Of a stretch of DNA of 64,000 nucleotides, positions 8,514-17,039 are shown in pieces (within the stretch, counting starts at the first letter, position 1; every line of letters starts with the position of its first letter). The notes under the pieces are model-generated. The model was not told where the DNA came from and ran no database searches. It saw only the letters and a program-made list of their open reading frames with translations. A program made the position numbers and the translations under genes. This DNA is from Deltaproteobacteria bacterium (GTDB taxonomy: Bacteria > Myxococcota_A > UBA9160 > UBA6930): the NCBI GenBank assembly GCA_029261795.1, contig JAJDAP010000034.1, forward strand, positions 9,858 to 73,857, in the 5' to 3' direction.

Positions 8514-10040
8514 TCACGATCCTCCATCGGGACGCTTCGCGGGAAGCACCTCGTAGACGATCGCGGTACAGAAACTCAGCATGATGCCCGCGATGAAGAT
8601 CAACGGGCTGTAGGGAAGCACGGGGTCCTGGTAGACCTCGGCGCCCACCCCCGCGGAGCCGGCGAAACCGACAATGGCGAGTGTCAGCCCGACCGCGAGC
8701 GTCGCCCCCGCGATCCACGTTCGGCGCGTCTCCGACTCAGGGGCCTCGTCTGGCGCCCCGTCTTCAGGATGCGCGAGCGGCACGATCGGAAAGATCTTGG
8801 CGAAGAGCAGGAACGCCAGGCTCGCCAACCCGAACAGGCCCGCGACCACACTGAGCTCCACCCAGTTCGGAACGTAGTGGCCCTTCGCGTAGGGGAGCAG
8901 CATCCCGTCCGTCTGCGATGGGACGACGATCAGCAAGCGTTTCAGGATCGCACCGACGTTGATCACGGCTGCTGCTGCCACGTACCAGCCGATCCGCGTC
9001 GTCCGGCTCAGGAACCGCCAGAGCAGCAGACCGAACCCAAGCGCCAGGGTGCCTACCGTGGACCAGAACATCCAGGCGTACGAGCCGGACACCAGCGAGT
9101 GCTCGAGCGCGCGTTCGGCCGTGGGTGCCGCGTAGCCCGCGGTCAGCTCCTCCACGCCCATCAGGTAGAGATAGGCGAGCGTCAGGACACACTGGAAGTT
9201 CCCCAGGGTCCGGAACGCGGCCGCCTCGATCACGTCCTCCAGATGCATGAGCTTTCGGGCGGAGGCTGCAATGAGGGTCAGCATGGCCAGGCCCGAGGCC
9301 CCTGCGAGAACCACGAAGCTCGGCGCCTGGAGCGCGCTGAACCAGCCCGGCCGACCCGCCACGATCCCGAACACGAAGCCGAGCGTCGAATGGGCAACGA
9401 CCAGGAGCGGGAGGATGAGCAGGGAGAGCCAGAAACTCACCACGCGGTGCCGCGCCGCCTCGGCATGCGTGCCGCGGAACCCGCTTCCCCACAGACGGTG
9501 GAGCCACCTCCAACGCGAGGGAACGCTGGCGCACGTCGCCGCACACGCGCGGCCCGCGAGGAAGAAGTAGACGAGACTGGCGAACAGGTAGCCGGCGACG
9601 ACCAGCGTGAACGTTCCGAAGAAGGGTGATGACGGCCTCGCGTAGAGCGGGAGGTACAGCAGGCCATGCAACGGCCGGCCGAGATCGGCCATGATGGTCA
9701 TCCCGCCCATCAACAGCGCAATGATTGTGAGGAACTCGGCCATCCGCGTGAGTGGCCGGAGTTCCGGTAGTGGAAACAGCCGTACCAGCGCCGCCGCGCT
9801 GATCCCGGCAAAACTCACGCCCACGAAGTAGATGTCGAATGCGACGTAGAGCCCCCATGCCGCGCCGCCCTGGCCGATCGTGCGAAGACCGGTCGCGACC
9901 AGTCCCTCGCGAAGCTGAACGGAATAGGCCCACGCGCCCCACAGCGCCAGCGATGCGGAAACCCCGACGGCGGCCAACCAGTATCGGCCCGGGCGATCGA
10001 GCCCGAGGGCGTCCCTGCGTTCCTGGGTAGTTTGCTCCAC
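8514..10040 (-). CDS. NrfD/PsrC-family quinone-interacting membrane subunit (QrcD/ActC-like)
   Basis: WGLYVAFDIYFVG, MADLGRP..., SSPFF, HSTLGFVFG...RPGWFS, Y.PNWVEL motifs; about 10 TM plus 2 extra C-terminal TM. Confidence 0.9.
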   Translation of the reverse strand: MEQTTQERRDALGLDRPGRYWLAAVGVSASLALWGAWAYSVQLREGLVATGLRTIGQGGAAWGLYVAFDIYFVGVSFAGISAAALVRLFPLPELRPLTRMAEFLTIIALLMGGMTIMADLGRPLHGLLYLPLYARPSSPFFGTFTLVVAGYLFASLVYFFLAGRACAATCASVPSRWRWLHRLWGSGFRGTHAEAARHRVVSFWLSLLILPLLVVAHSTLGFVFGIVAGRPGWFSALQAPSFVVLAGASGLAMLTLIAASARKLMHLEDVIEAAAFRTLGNFQCVLTLAYLYLMGVEELTAGYAAPTAERALEHSLVSGSYAWMFWSTVGTLALGFGLLLWRFLSRTTRIGWYVAAAAVINVGAILKRLLIVVPSQTDGMLLPYAKGHYVPNWVELSVVAGLFGLASLAFLLFAKIFPIVPLAHPEDGAPDEAPESETRRTWIAGATLAVGLTLAIVGFAGSAGVGAEVYQDPVLPYSPLIFIAGIMLSFCTAIVYEVLPAKRPDGGS

Positions 10041-10042
10041 GG

Positions 10043-10903
10043 TCAGTGGCGCCTCTCACGTCGAAGATGGAAGACCTTGGGCTTCGTGCCGAGGTGCTCG
10101 AGCAGCTGGTCGGCGCGCGGGCTCGTCGCCGCGAGAGCCACCCGGCTCCCCGGATCGTTCAGGTCGCCGAAGACGATGGCCTCGGCGGGGCACGACTCGG
10201 CACAAGCCGGCAGCGACTGGAAGTCGGTATCGGACAGGCTGACCCCGTCGACCCTGGCGCTTTCTGTCACCGAACGGATCCGGTGGGAGCAGAACGTGCA
10301 CTTCTCCACGACGCCGGCGGGACGCGTGGCAACGTCGGGGTTCAAGGTGTTGAGGTGGCTGGTCGGCCACTCGGGGGCATCCCAGTTGAAGAAGCGGACG
10401 CCGTAGGGGCACGCGACCTCACAGAAGCGGCAGCCAATGCAGCGGTCGTAGATCTGGGCGACGATTCCGTCGCCAGTTTGATAGGTGGCGCCAACCGGGC
10501 AAACCGGAACACAAGGCGGGTCTTCGCAATGCAAACAGGGCAGCGGAAGCATTTCTGGAGCTGATTCGCTCCCCTCGGAACGGTCTTCGAGCGGCAACAG
10601 GTTCATCCACAGGATGTCGGTTCCGTCGCTCTCTTCGGCGCTGCCGGTGGCCGGTACGTTGTTTTCCGTGCGGCACGCCACCACACAGGCTCCGCAACCC
10701 GTACAACGATCGAGATCGATCGCCATGCCCCATTTTCGCTTCTCGTCATCCGTCGCGACGGTCCTCTCCCGCTCGGGCGAACCCGCCAGCGCGCGTCGCG
10801 GGGAGGACATCAGGAACGCCCATAGTGCGCTCGCTGCGACGAGCGCCGAAACCACGAAGCGATGGGCGAACGCCCGGCGCGTCAGATTGCGGGGGATCAT
10901 CAT
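10043..10903 (-). CDS. 4Fe-4S dicluster electron-transfer subunit (NrfC/QrcC/DsrO-like)
   Basis: Four cluster motifs CTGCGACVVAC, CLHCEDPPCVPVCP, CIGCRFCEVACP, CTFC..CAESCP; Tat-like TRRAF. Confidence 0.93.
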   Translation of the reverse strand: MMIPRNLTRRAFAHRFVVSALVAASALWAFLMSSPRRALAGSPERERTVATDDEKRKWGMAIDLDRCTGCGACVVACRTENNVPATGSAEESDGTDILWMNLLPLEDRSEGSESAPEMLPLPCLHCEDPPCVPVCPVGATYQTGDGIVAQIYDRCIGCRFCEVACPYGVRFFNWDAPEWPTSHLNTLNPDVATRPAGVVEKCTFCSHRIRSVTESARVDGVSLSDTDFQSLPACAESCPAEAIVFGDLNDPGSRVALAATSPRADQLLEHLGTKPKVFHLRRERRH

Positions 10904-10907
10904 TTCC

Positions 10908-13277
10908 CTACGCCCTCCGGATCCGCACGTTTACACCCTGCAGCACCGGCGTCCCGACGAACGGATCGAGTTCGTGTGGGATCAACTCCATGACGTTGGC
11001 CCCCCTGCCAAGTGCGAAGCGGCCCCATGCCGTGTGGCCGCCGCCCTTCGCGATCCGTACGACATCGGGGTGCACGCCCGCCCGAACGGCCACCGGCAGC
11101 TCGATCGATCCCAGGGGGCTCTCGATCCGCACCCGATCGCCCGCCGCAACGTGGGCCTGATCGGCGGTGTCGGGATGGAGGAATGCGGTGGTCTGCCAGG
11201 CGCGGTCACCAGGCTCGGTCACGAGTTCCTGCAGCACGGGAAGGTTGGCGCCGCTGCCTTCGGCGTACGAGCCGGGTTGGTACGGCTCGAGCAGCAACGG
11301 GAAGTCCGGGCTCGAGTGCTTCGCGGGATCGGCGAAGTGCGGCAGGCACGCAAGCTCGCGATCGATCCCGACTCCGGATTCGCGAAGCCAGCTTTCGCCG
11401 AAGCCCTGCCAGAGTCGGAGGGAGAAGAACTCGAACCTGCCGGAGGGGGTGCGAATCGACTCCTGGCGAGGGGAACCAGGGTCCTCCCAGAACCCGCGGC
11501 GGAACAATGCGCGCAGGAAGTGCGGCACGCTTCCTTCGATGATCGACCCGCGCTGCGCCTCATGGATCCCGCTGAGTCGTTCAAAGAGTGCAGCACGGAA
11601 GTCAGGCCATGGAAACGCTTCAGCGACCTTCCCACCCATCTGGCGCGCCAGTTCCAACACGACATCTGCACTCGGCCGGGTGTCGTGGAGCGGTTCCACC
11701 AGCGGTTGGCGAACGCCCTGCACCGGAAAACCGACGCTAGGCGCGGAGGCAGCGTCCTCCCAACGTTCGAGATAGCTGTGATCCGGAAGCACGAGATCCG
11801 CGATCTCGGCAGTGGTCTCGTCCAGGAACGGCGAGAAGCTCACGACGAACGGGACGCGTGCGAGCGCGCGACGCCAGCGCGCTGGGTCCATTCCGGAATA
11901 GCAGGGGTTCGAGTAGTAGAGGAACAACGTGTCGATGGAGCCGGCTGGTTGCGCGAGCAGGGCGTCCGCAAGGTCGTCGATGCCGCGCGATCCCAGCGGC
12001 CGGGACGACGTGGCGATTCCCGGTCGCTGCAGACTCGCCTGCGCGAGGTCGTCCAACTCCAGCGAAGGCCAATCGGCCGTGGGCGGGTCGCTCTGGACAA
12101 GGAGTCCACCAGGACGATCAATGGCACCGAGGAGCGCATTCAGTGCATGTACCGCCATGGCGGTGTGGAGTGCACCGCGCTCGCGGGTTCCGACCCCCCG
12201 AGACACCACGAAGGACGGCCCATTGGCGGCGAGTTCGGCCGCCAAACGCTCGACCGTCTCCGTCGGAATCCGGCAGCACTCCGCGACGCGCTCAGGGGAG
12301 TAGTCGCGCACCAGGAGGTCCCGGAAGCCCCTATGCGTACGGCCCTGGTCATCGGTCCAGTTTTCGAACCCGAAGGCGCGCCCGGCAATGAAGTCGCGGT
12401 CGTAGAGACGGTCGCGTACCAGCACGTGCGCGAGGCCCATGGCGAGCGCACCATACGAGCCCGGGGCAATCCGGACCCACTCGTCAGCATTCGCCGCGGT
12501 GCGAGAGTACGACGGCTCTACCTGGACGATCGTGCCTCGCTCGGCTCCGCGGTGAGTGCGGTAGTGCACCGTCGAGCGCGCTTGATGCACGGACTGGCAG
12601 GACTCCTCGAGAAGAGGAGCTCCCAGGCTCAGGACGTAACGGGCTCGTGGCCAGTCATACGCTGGCGTCTCGCGGACGCCTTGCATGGCGTAGAGGGCGC
12701 TGGCCGTTGCGCCGTCCTTGCGCAGGGACACATCCAGGAATGTCGGTGTTCCGAAACTTCGGGCGAAGCGCTCCCAGAGGTCGCGGATCATGCCACGCTC
12801 GCGGCCACAGACGATTGCGAGCCTGTCTGGACGCCCCCTCGAACGCAGGGCTCCGAGGCGAGTGGCCAGACCCGAGAGCGCCTCGTCCCACGAGACCTCC
12901 GCAAGCGCTCCGCCTTGTCGTCGCATCGGTCCGCGGATCCGATCGGGGTCGTACAGAACGTACGGGGAGGCCAACCCGCGCGGCCCGATGCCACCAGGAT
13001 GGACTGGGTTGCCCGGCTGGCCGCGAACGGAAACCACCCTGCCTTCGACCACTCGCGCGGAGATGCCACAACCGGCCGGACACTGCGCACACGCGGTCGC
13101 AATCGTCTTCTCTTCATGCAGGTTCCATCGCTCTGCGCCGGGCACCGACGGTTTCTCGAGCGAGTAGGGATCCTGGCTCGAGCACGCTGCGAGCGGGGCT
13201 CCGGCGACGACACCGGCTCCCGCCCTCAGGAAATTCCGGCGTCCGGCATCGTGCGGGCGTCCCTTCGGCCACGTCAT
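10908..13277 (-). CDS. Molybdopterin oxidoreductase-family (DMSOR/CISM) large subunit, QrcB/ActB-like, probably non-catalytic
   Basis: Tat GRRNFL; CAQCPAGC; YDPDRIRGPM; EPSYSRTAANADEW..I.PG..GALA; ADLVLPDHSYLERW; HPDTA C-terminal domain; start ATG 13277 overlaps the upstream stop. Confidence 0.88.
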   Translation of the reverse strand: MTWPKGRPHDAGRRNFLRAGAGVVAGAPLAACSSQDPYSLEKPSVPGAERWNLHEEKTIATACAQCPAGCGISARVVEGRVVSVRGQPGNPVHPGGIGPRGLASPYVLYDPDRIRGPMRRQGGALAEVSWDEALSGLATRLGALRSRGRPDRLAIVCGRERGMIRDLWERFARSFGTPTFLDVSLRKDGATASALYAMQGVRETPAYDWPRARYVLSLGAPLLEESCQSVHQARSTVHYRTHRGAERGTIVQVEPSYSRTAANADEWVRIAPGSYGALAMGLAHVLVRDRLYDRDFIAGRAFGFENWTDDQGRTHRGFRDLLVRDYSPERVAECCRIPTETVERLAAELAANGPSFVVSRGVGTRERGALHTAMAVHALNALLGAIDRPGGLLVQSDPPTADWPSLELDDLAQASLQRPGIATSSRPLGSRGIDDLADALLAQPAGSIDTLFLYYSNPCYSGMDPARWRRALARVPFVVSFSPFLDETTAEIADLVLPDHSYLERWEDAASAPSVGFPVQGVRQPLVEPLHDTRPSADVVLELARQMGGKVAEAFPWPDFRAALFERLSGIHEAQRGSIIEGSVPHFLRALFRRGFWEDPGSPRQESIRTPSGRFEFFSLRLWQGFGESWLRESGVGIDRELACLPHFADPAKHSSPDFPLLLEPYQPGSYAEGSGANLPVLQELVTEPGDRAWQTTAFLHPDTADQAHVAAGDRVRIESPLGSIELPVAVRAGVHPDVVRIAKGGGHTAWGRFALGRGANVMELIPHELDPFVGTPVLQGVNVRIRRA

Positions 13278-13795
13278 TGGTGGCACGCCAGGCATTCGAG
13301 CGTGGCTCCGTATTGCGTGTGACACGACATGCAGTCCTCCATTGACTGCATCGACGCATCCGGTCGGCTGTAGGGCCGGGGCATCCGGGCGACGTCCACA
13401 TGGCACTCACCACAGGACATCTCGGCGAGCGACACATGCACTCGGTGGGAGAAATAGACGTGGCCGGGGTAGCGATTCACCTGGACGAACGGGATCTGCT
13501 CGCCGCGTGCGGCGTACCCGCTCACCTTGGCCAGCTCCGGCCGATCGGACGGCCCAGAATGGCATTGTGCGCAGACCCGGATGGAAGGCAGGCCCGCGTG
13601 GCGGTTGGTCCCCGCGCTCCCGTGGCACGCTGCGCACTCTAGCTGTACGTCGCCGACGTGGAGTGAATGATCGAAGGCGACGGGTTGCACGACCGCGGCT
13701 GGTCCCTCGCACGCTCGAGCAACTGCAAGGCCCACAACGAGAAAGGTTGCCGCAGACAGACCCGCGATCAGTGTCGGGAGGCGGATTCGCTCCAT
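13274..13795 (-). CDS. Membrane-anchored pentaheme cytochrome c (QrcA/ActA-like)
   Basis: 5 CXXCH (CAACH, CAQCH, CGECH, CMSCH, CLACH); FDHSLH and FSHRVH distal His motifs; N-terminal TM; GGAGG RBS (TTG 13798 is an alternative start). Confidence 0.9.
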   Translation of the reverse strand: MERIRLPTLIAGLSAATFLVVGLAVARACEGPAAVVQPVAFDHSLHVGDVQLECAACHGSAGTNRHAGLPSIRVCAQCHSGPSDRPELAKVSGYAARGEQIPFVQVNRYPGHVYFSHRVHVSLAEMSCGECHVDVARMPRPYSRPDASMQSMEDCMSCHTQYGATLECLACHQ

Positions 13796-13833
13796 CAACG
13801 ATCACCTCCCGGCTCGATCACGAACGATGAACC

Positions 13834-14235
13834 TCAGTCGGAGCCCGGCGAGGACTCGTCGGGCGTCTTCCCGAGCTCGGAGAGATAGGCCACGATCGAG
13901 TCGAGTTCTGCCTCCGTTCCCGTGAAGCCCATGGGATGCTTCCTTCCGTCCAGATCCACCTCCTTGCGAAGGAACGCAACGATCCACTCGGATTGATGCC
14001 GGTCGCCCACGAGGGAGAGGTCGGGGGGACCATTCGACGCGTCCTCCTCTCCGAACGGATCGTCTGCAACAGCAGGCGACGAGCCGAGCTTTTCGACCCC
14101 ATCCGTGGCAATGCCGTGGCAGAGGTTGCAGCGCTGCTGCAGGAACTTGTCCCTACCCTCCTCCGCGGCGGCAGGGGCCGCCGTGAGCAGAGCCGCGAAG
14201 GCAACCCACAACCCGCATGCAATGAGCTTCCACAT
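13834..14235 (-). CDS. Periplasmic monoheme cytochrome c
   Basis: Sec signal ..PAAA; CNLCH; PDLSLVG; HPMGF candidate Met ligand; GGAGG RBS before ATG 14235. Confidence 0.85.
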   Translation of the reverse strand: MWKLIACGLWVAFAALLTAAPAAAEEGRDKFLQQRCNLCHGIATDGVEKLGSSPAVADDPFGEEDASNGPPDLSLVGDRHQSEWIVAFLRKEVDLDGRKHPMGFTGTEAELDSIVAYLSELGKTPDESSPGSD

Positions 14236-14279
14236 CTTCCCTCCCCGAGCGAATCGCTCCATGGAGATCCTGCCGTGTA

Positions 14280-14306
14280 TACGGCACGAGCGTGCCGGAA
14301 GTGACT
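14280..14306 (-). promoter_or_regulatory. Putative ECF promoter copy 5 (cytochrome/Qrc-like operon): AGTCAC-N17-CGTA
   Basis: Minus strand AGTCAC ttccggcacgctcgtgc CGTA; 45 nt before ATG 14235. Confidence 0.78.
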
Positions 14307-14314
14307 CCGATAGG

Positions 14315-14341
14315 AGTCACCAGATTTCCCTGGCCCCCGTA
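14315..14341 (+). promoter_or_regulatory. Putative ECF promoter copy 6 (gdhA): AGTCAC-N17-CGTA
   Basis: AGTCAC cagatttccctggcccc CGTA; 20 nt before TTG 14361; shares AGTCACCAGAT with copy 4. Confidence 0.78.
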
Positions 14342-14360
14342 TTGTGGAGTGGAGAACTCC

Positions 14361-15635
14361 TTGGACGCACCCATTCGATCGACTGACGAGACACTTTGCC
14401 ACTGTCAGGAGGACCAGGCGCACTTCCTCGAGCGCGCCTTCGAGCAGCTGGGGCTCGACGACTCCCGGCGCCGGTTGCTCCTTCATTCCTTCCGTGAGAT
14501 ATCCGTGCAGATCCCGCTCGAAGTGCAGCGCAACGGACAACGCGAGGTCGAGACATTCACGGGCGTCCGCGTGCAGCACAACCACGCGAGGGGTCCGTTC
14601 AAGGGAGGGCTTCGTTTCCACCCACTGGTGGAGCAGGGAGAGGTTCGCGCGCTCGCGCAGCTGATGACCTGGAAGTCTGCGTTGGCCGACATCCCGTTCG
14701 GTGGTGCCAAGGGCGGGATCGCGGTGGATCCTCGCCAGCTGTCCACTGGTGAACTGGAAACGTTGACCAAGCGGTTCACCCAGAAGATGGCGCCCGTGAT
14801 CGGCGTCCACCGGGACATTCCTGCTCCGGATGTCGGCACCAGCCCGCAGGTCATGGCATGGATCTTCGAGGAGTACAGCAAGACGAACGGTCACACGCCC
14901 GCGATCGTCACGGGCAAACCTGTCGAACTGGGGGGAGCCGAGGGCCGCCTCGAAGCGACCGGCCACGGTGTTGCGTTCCTCACCGCGCGGGCGTGTCTCG
15001 GCCGCGACATCGACATCGCGGGAGCTCGTGTTGCTGTTCAGGGGTTCGGCAACGTGGGCATGCATACCGCGCGGCGTCTCGCCGAACTCGGGGCACTCGT
15101 GATCGCGGTCTCGGATGTCGACGGCGGCGTCATCTGCGAATCCGGCATCGATGTCCTCGAGGCAAGCGCCCATGTCGCCGAGTGCGGAAGCCTCGCGGGA
15201 TTTCGCGGAGGGGACCCGATTACCAACGCGGAGTTGCTTTCGCTTCCCTGCGACGTCCTGATTCCGGCCGCCCTCGATGGTTCGATCAACTGTGACAACG
15301 AGCCGGGCGTCCGCGCCGGGCTGGTCGTCGAAGCCGCGAACATGCCGGTCACCCACGGCGCGGACGCAGCCCTGAAAGAGAGGGGAGTCGAAGTAGTTCC
15401 GGATGTGCTCGCCAACGTCGGAGGCGTCGCGGCCTCCTACTTCGAGTGGGTCCAGAACCTGCAGCAGTTGCCGTGGAGCCGGGATGCACTCCTAGGTCGC
15501 CTCGAAGAGCACCTGGCTCGTGCCTTCGACACAGTGATCGCATTGCGAGAACATCGCGGTGTCGACCTTCGAACGGCCGCCTATGAGCTGGCCGTAGCGC
15601 GCGTGCTGCGCGCCGTCGAACTTCGCGGATTTTGA
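14361..15635 (+). CDS. gdhA: Glu/Leu/Phe/Val dehydrogenase (glutamate dehydrogenase)
   Basis: RVQHNHARGPFKGGLRFHP, MTWKSA, PFGGAKGG, DIPAPDVGT, VTGKP, QGFGNVG, EAANMP, SYFEWVQN; TTG start with GGAG RBS. Confidence 0.93.
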   Translation: MDAPIRSTDETLCHCQEDQAHFLERAFEQLGLDDSRRRLLLHSFREISVQIPLEVQRNGQREVETFTGVRVQHNHARGPFKGGLRFHPLVEQGEVRALAQLMTWKSALADIPFGGAKGGIAVDPRQLSTGELETLTKRFTQKMAPVIGVHRDIPAPDVGTSPQVMAWIFEEYSKTNGHTPAIVTGKPVELGGAEGRLEATGHGVAFLTARACLGRDIDIAGARVAVQGFGNVGMHTARRLAELGALVIAVSDVDGGVICESGIDVLEASAHVAECGSLAGFRGGDPITNAELLSLPCDVLIPAALDGSINCDNEPGVRAGLVVEAANMPVTHGADAALKERGVEVVPDVLANVGGVAASYFEWVQNLQQLPWSRDALLGRLEEHLARAFDTVIALREHRGVDLRTAAYELAVARVLRAVELRGF

Positions 15636-15711
15636 GGGTTCCAAGGACTGCGACGCAGCCACAAGCCGGTAACCCTCGAAGTTCGTGGCCCCGACTCGAT
15701 CCCGCGCGATG

Positions 15712-16380
15712 CTATTTGGCTGGCGCTTGGTCCGGGGGCGCCCGGAAGACCGCCAGGGTCGCCATCCCAGCGGCAGAGACGCTCATCCGTTCCAGGTTCG
15801 GGAGAGTTCGAATCGGCTCACGGTCGACAACGCGATAGGAGAAGGGGTTGCCGATTGCAGTGACGACCGCGAGCAGGAGCCTGGAGCGGGGCGGGGTAAA
15901 GAAGACGAAGACGGCCGTTCCTCCCGGCGCCAGCTTTCGCAACGCATCGCGAACGGTTGCGTCCGGCGTATCGAGGTGCGAGAGGAGCCAGCTGGAAACG
16001 ACGAAGTCGAAGGTGCCGCCGACGGCCTGCAGGTCGGTCGCGTCGCCGATGCGTAGCTCGATCCTGTCGTCCGCTTGCGCTCGGGCTCGAGCTCGCACCA
16101 GCATCTCTTCGCTCGAGTCGATCCCGAGGTAGGAACCGAACCCGCGGGTCCAGCGGAACAGGCGTTCGATGTTGATCCCGGTACCAGGAGCCAGCTCGAG
16201 GATTCGCGATTCGGCACCGATCCGCTCTCGAAAGAGCTGGTCGAGATCTTCCTCGATGGGACGAGTCCAGCGACCCCAGACGGCTCGGAACGCGTCATAG
16301 AAGCGCGCGAACCAGCTGTACACACGGCGGACTCGGTCCAGCTGGGGAGGGTTCACGGTTGCGTTGGTCCCGTTCGTCAT
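15712..16380 (-). CDS. Class I SAM-dependent methyltransferase (UbiE-like)
   Basis: ILELAPGTG motif I, GIDSSEEML, FDFVVSSWLLSH, LAPGG. Confidence 0.85.
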   Translation of the reverse strand: MTNGTNATVNPPQLDRVRRVYSWFARFYDAFRAVWGRWTRPIEEDLDQLFRERIGAESRILELAPGTGINIERLFRWTRGFGSYLGIDSSEEMLVRARARAQADDRIELRIGDATDLQAVGGTFDFVVSSWLLSHLDTPDATVRDALRKLAPGGTAVFVFFTPPRSRLLLAVVTAIGNPFSYRVVDREPIRTLPNLERMSVSAAGMATLAVFRAPPDQAPAK

Positions 16381-17039
16381 GGGAGTTGGTGCCTCGCCGG
16401 CTGCGCAGCGCGCTTCCAGCTGGGAATCCAGCGAGGCGTCACACGGGCGTACTCGGCGTAGGCCGGACCGAACTCCGTGCGCGCCTCCTCCTCTTCACGC
16501 AGTGCGAATCGCACGTACATGTGAACGAGGATTGGAAACATCACGAGCGTGATCAGTGTCGGCCACTGGAAGAGGAAGCCGGCAAGGATCGCGATGAATC
16601 CCACGTACTGGGGATGACGAATGCGCGAATAGGCTCCGGTCGTGGCGAGTCCACCTTCGCGTTGGGCGCGGTAGAGGATTGGCCAGGCGACCGAGAGCAG
16701 CCAGAAGCCACCGCCGATCAGGACATAGCTGAGCACATGGAAGGGATCGAAATGGGGGTCGCCCTCCCAACCGAGAAGCGTGTGCCAGAGATGGCCAGCT
16801 TCATGCGAAAAGATGTCGAGTTGTGGGAAGTGCTGCCCGAACCAGCCGGAGAGCAGATAGATGGTGAGCGGGAAGCCGTACATCTCGACGAACAACGCCA
16901 CGAGGAATGCGGAGAAGGCCCCGAACGAACGCCAGTCACGTGAGCTCTGCGGCTTCGCAAAACTGAAGGCGAACAGGATGAAGATGGCCGCGTTGAGCAC
17001 GACCACGGACCACAGGCCGTAGGCCGATTCGTGACTCAC
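16377..17039 (-). CDS. Isoprenylcysteine carboxyl methyltransferase (ICMT/PEMT)-family membrane protein
   Basis: FVEMYGFPLTIYLL, TTGAYSRIRHPQYVG, EEEE..FG.AY.EY; family commonly found beside copper-resistance genes. Confidence 0.88.
   Translation of the reverse strand: MSHESAYGLWSVVVLNAAIFILFAFSFAKPQSSRDWRSFGAFSAFLVALFVEMYGFPLTIYLLSGWFGQHFPQLDIFSHEAGHLWHTLLGWEGDPHFDPFHVLSYVLIGGGFWLLSVAWPILYRAQREGGLATTGAYSRIRHPQYVGFIAILAGFLFQWPTLITLVMFPILVHMYVRFALREEEEARTEFGPAYAEYARVTPRWIPSWKRAAQPARHQLP

Noticed and set aside
8512-8537. GGTCACGATCC at the mtrB/NrfD junction, matching the -35 of copy 1
   Set aside because: No CGTA at 16-17 nt spacing, and it points into the antisense of the NrfD gene.
10908-13277. 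Catalytic DMSO/polysulfide/arsenate reductase (dmsEFABC-type)
   Set aside because: Despite DmsE/F-like neighbours, the FS0 4th Cys and the Mo-ligand Cys appear to be missing, and a pentaheme QrcA-like gene precedes it.
10485-13322. 945-aa plus-strand ORF and other long alternative-frame ORFs (e.g. 875-2443, 20625-22340, 13818-15356, 26540-28123, 27711-29159)
   Set aside because: Antisense shadows of genuine high-GC genes; Arg/Pro/Gly-rich with no recognisable motifs.
14271-14296. Palindromes TGCCGT-GTAT-ACGGCA and GGCACG-AG-CGTGCC, the latter resembling a sigma54 site
   Set aside because: The GG-to-GC spacing is 9 rather than 10 nt, so it is not sigma54. The sequences overlap the -10 and spacer of ECF copy 5 and need no separate explanation.
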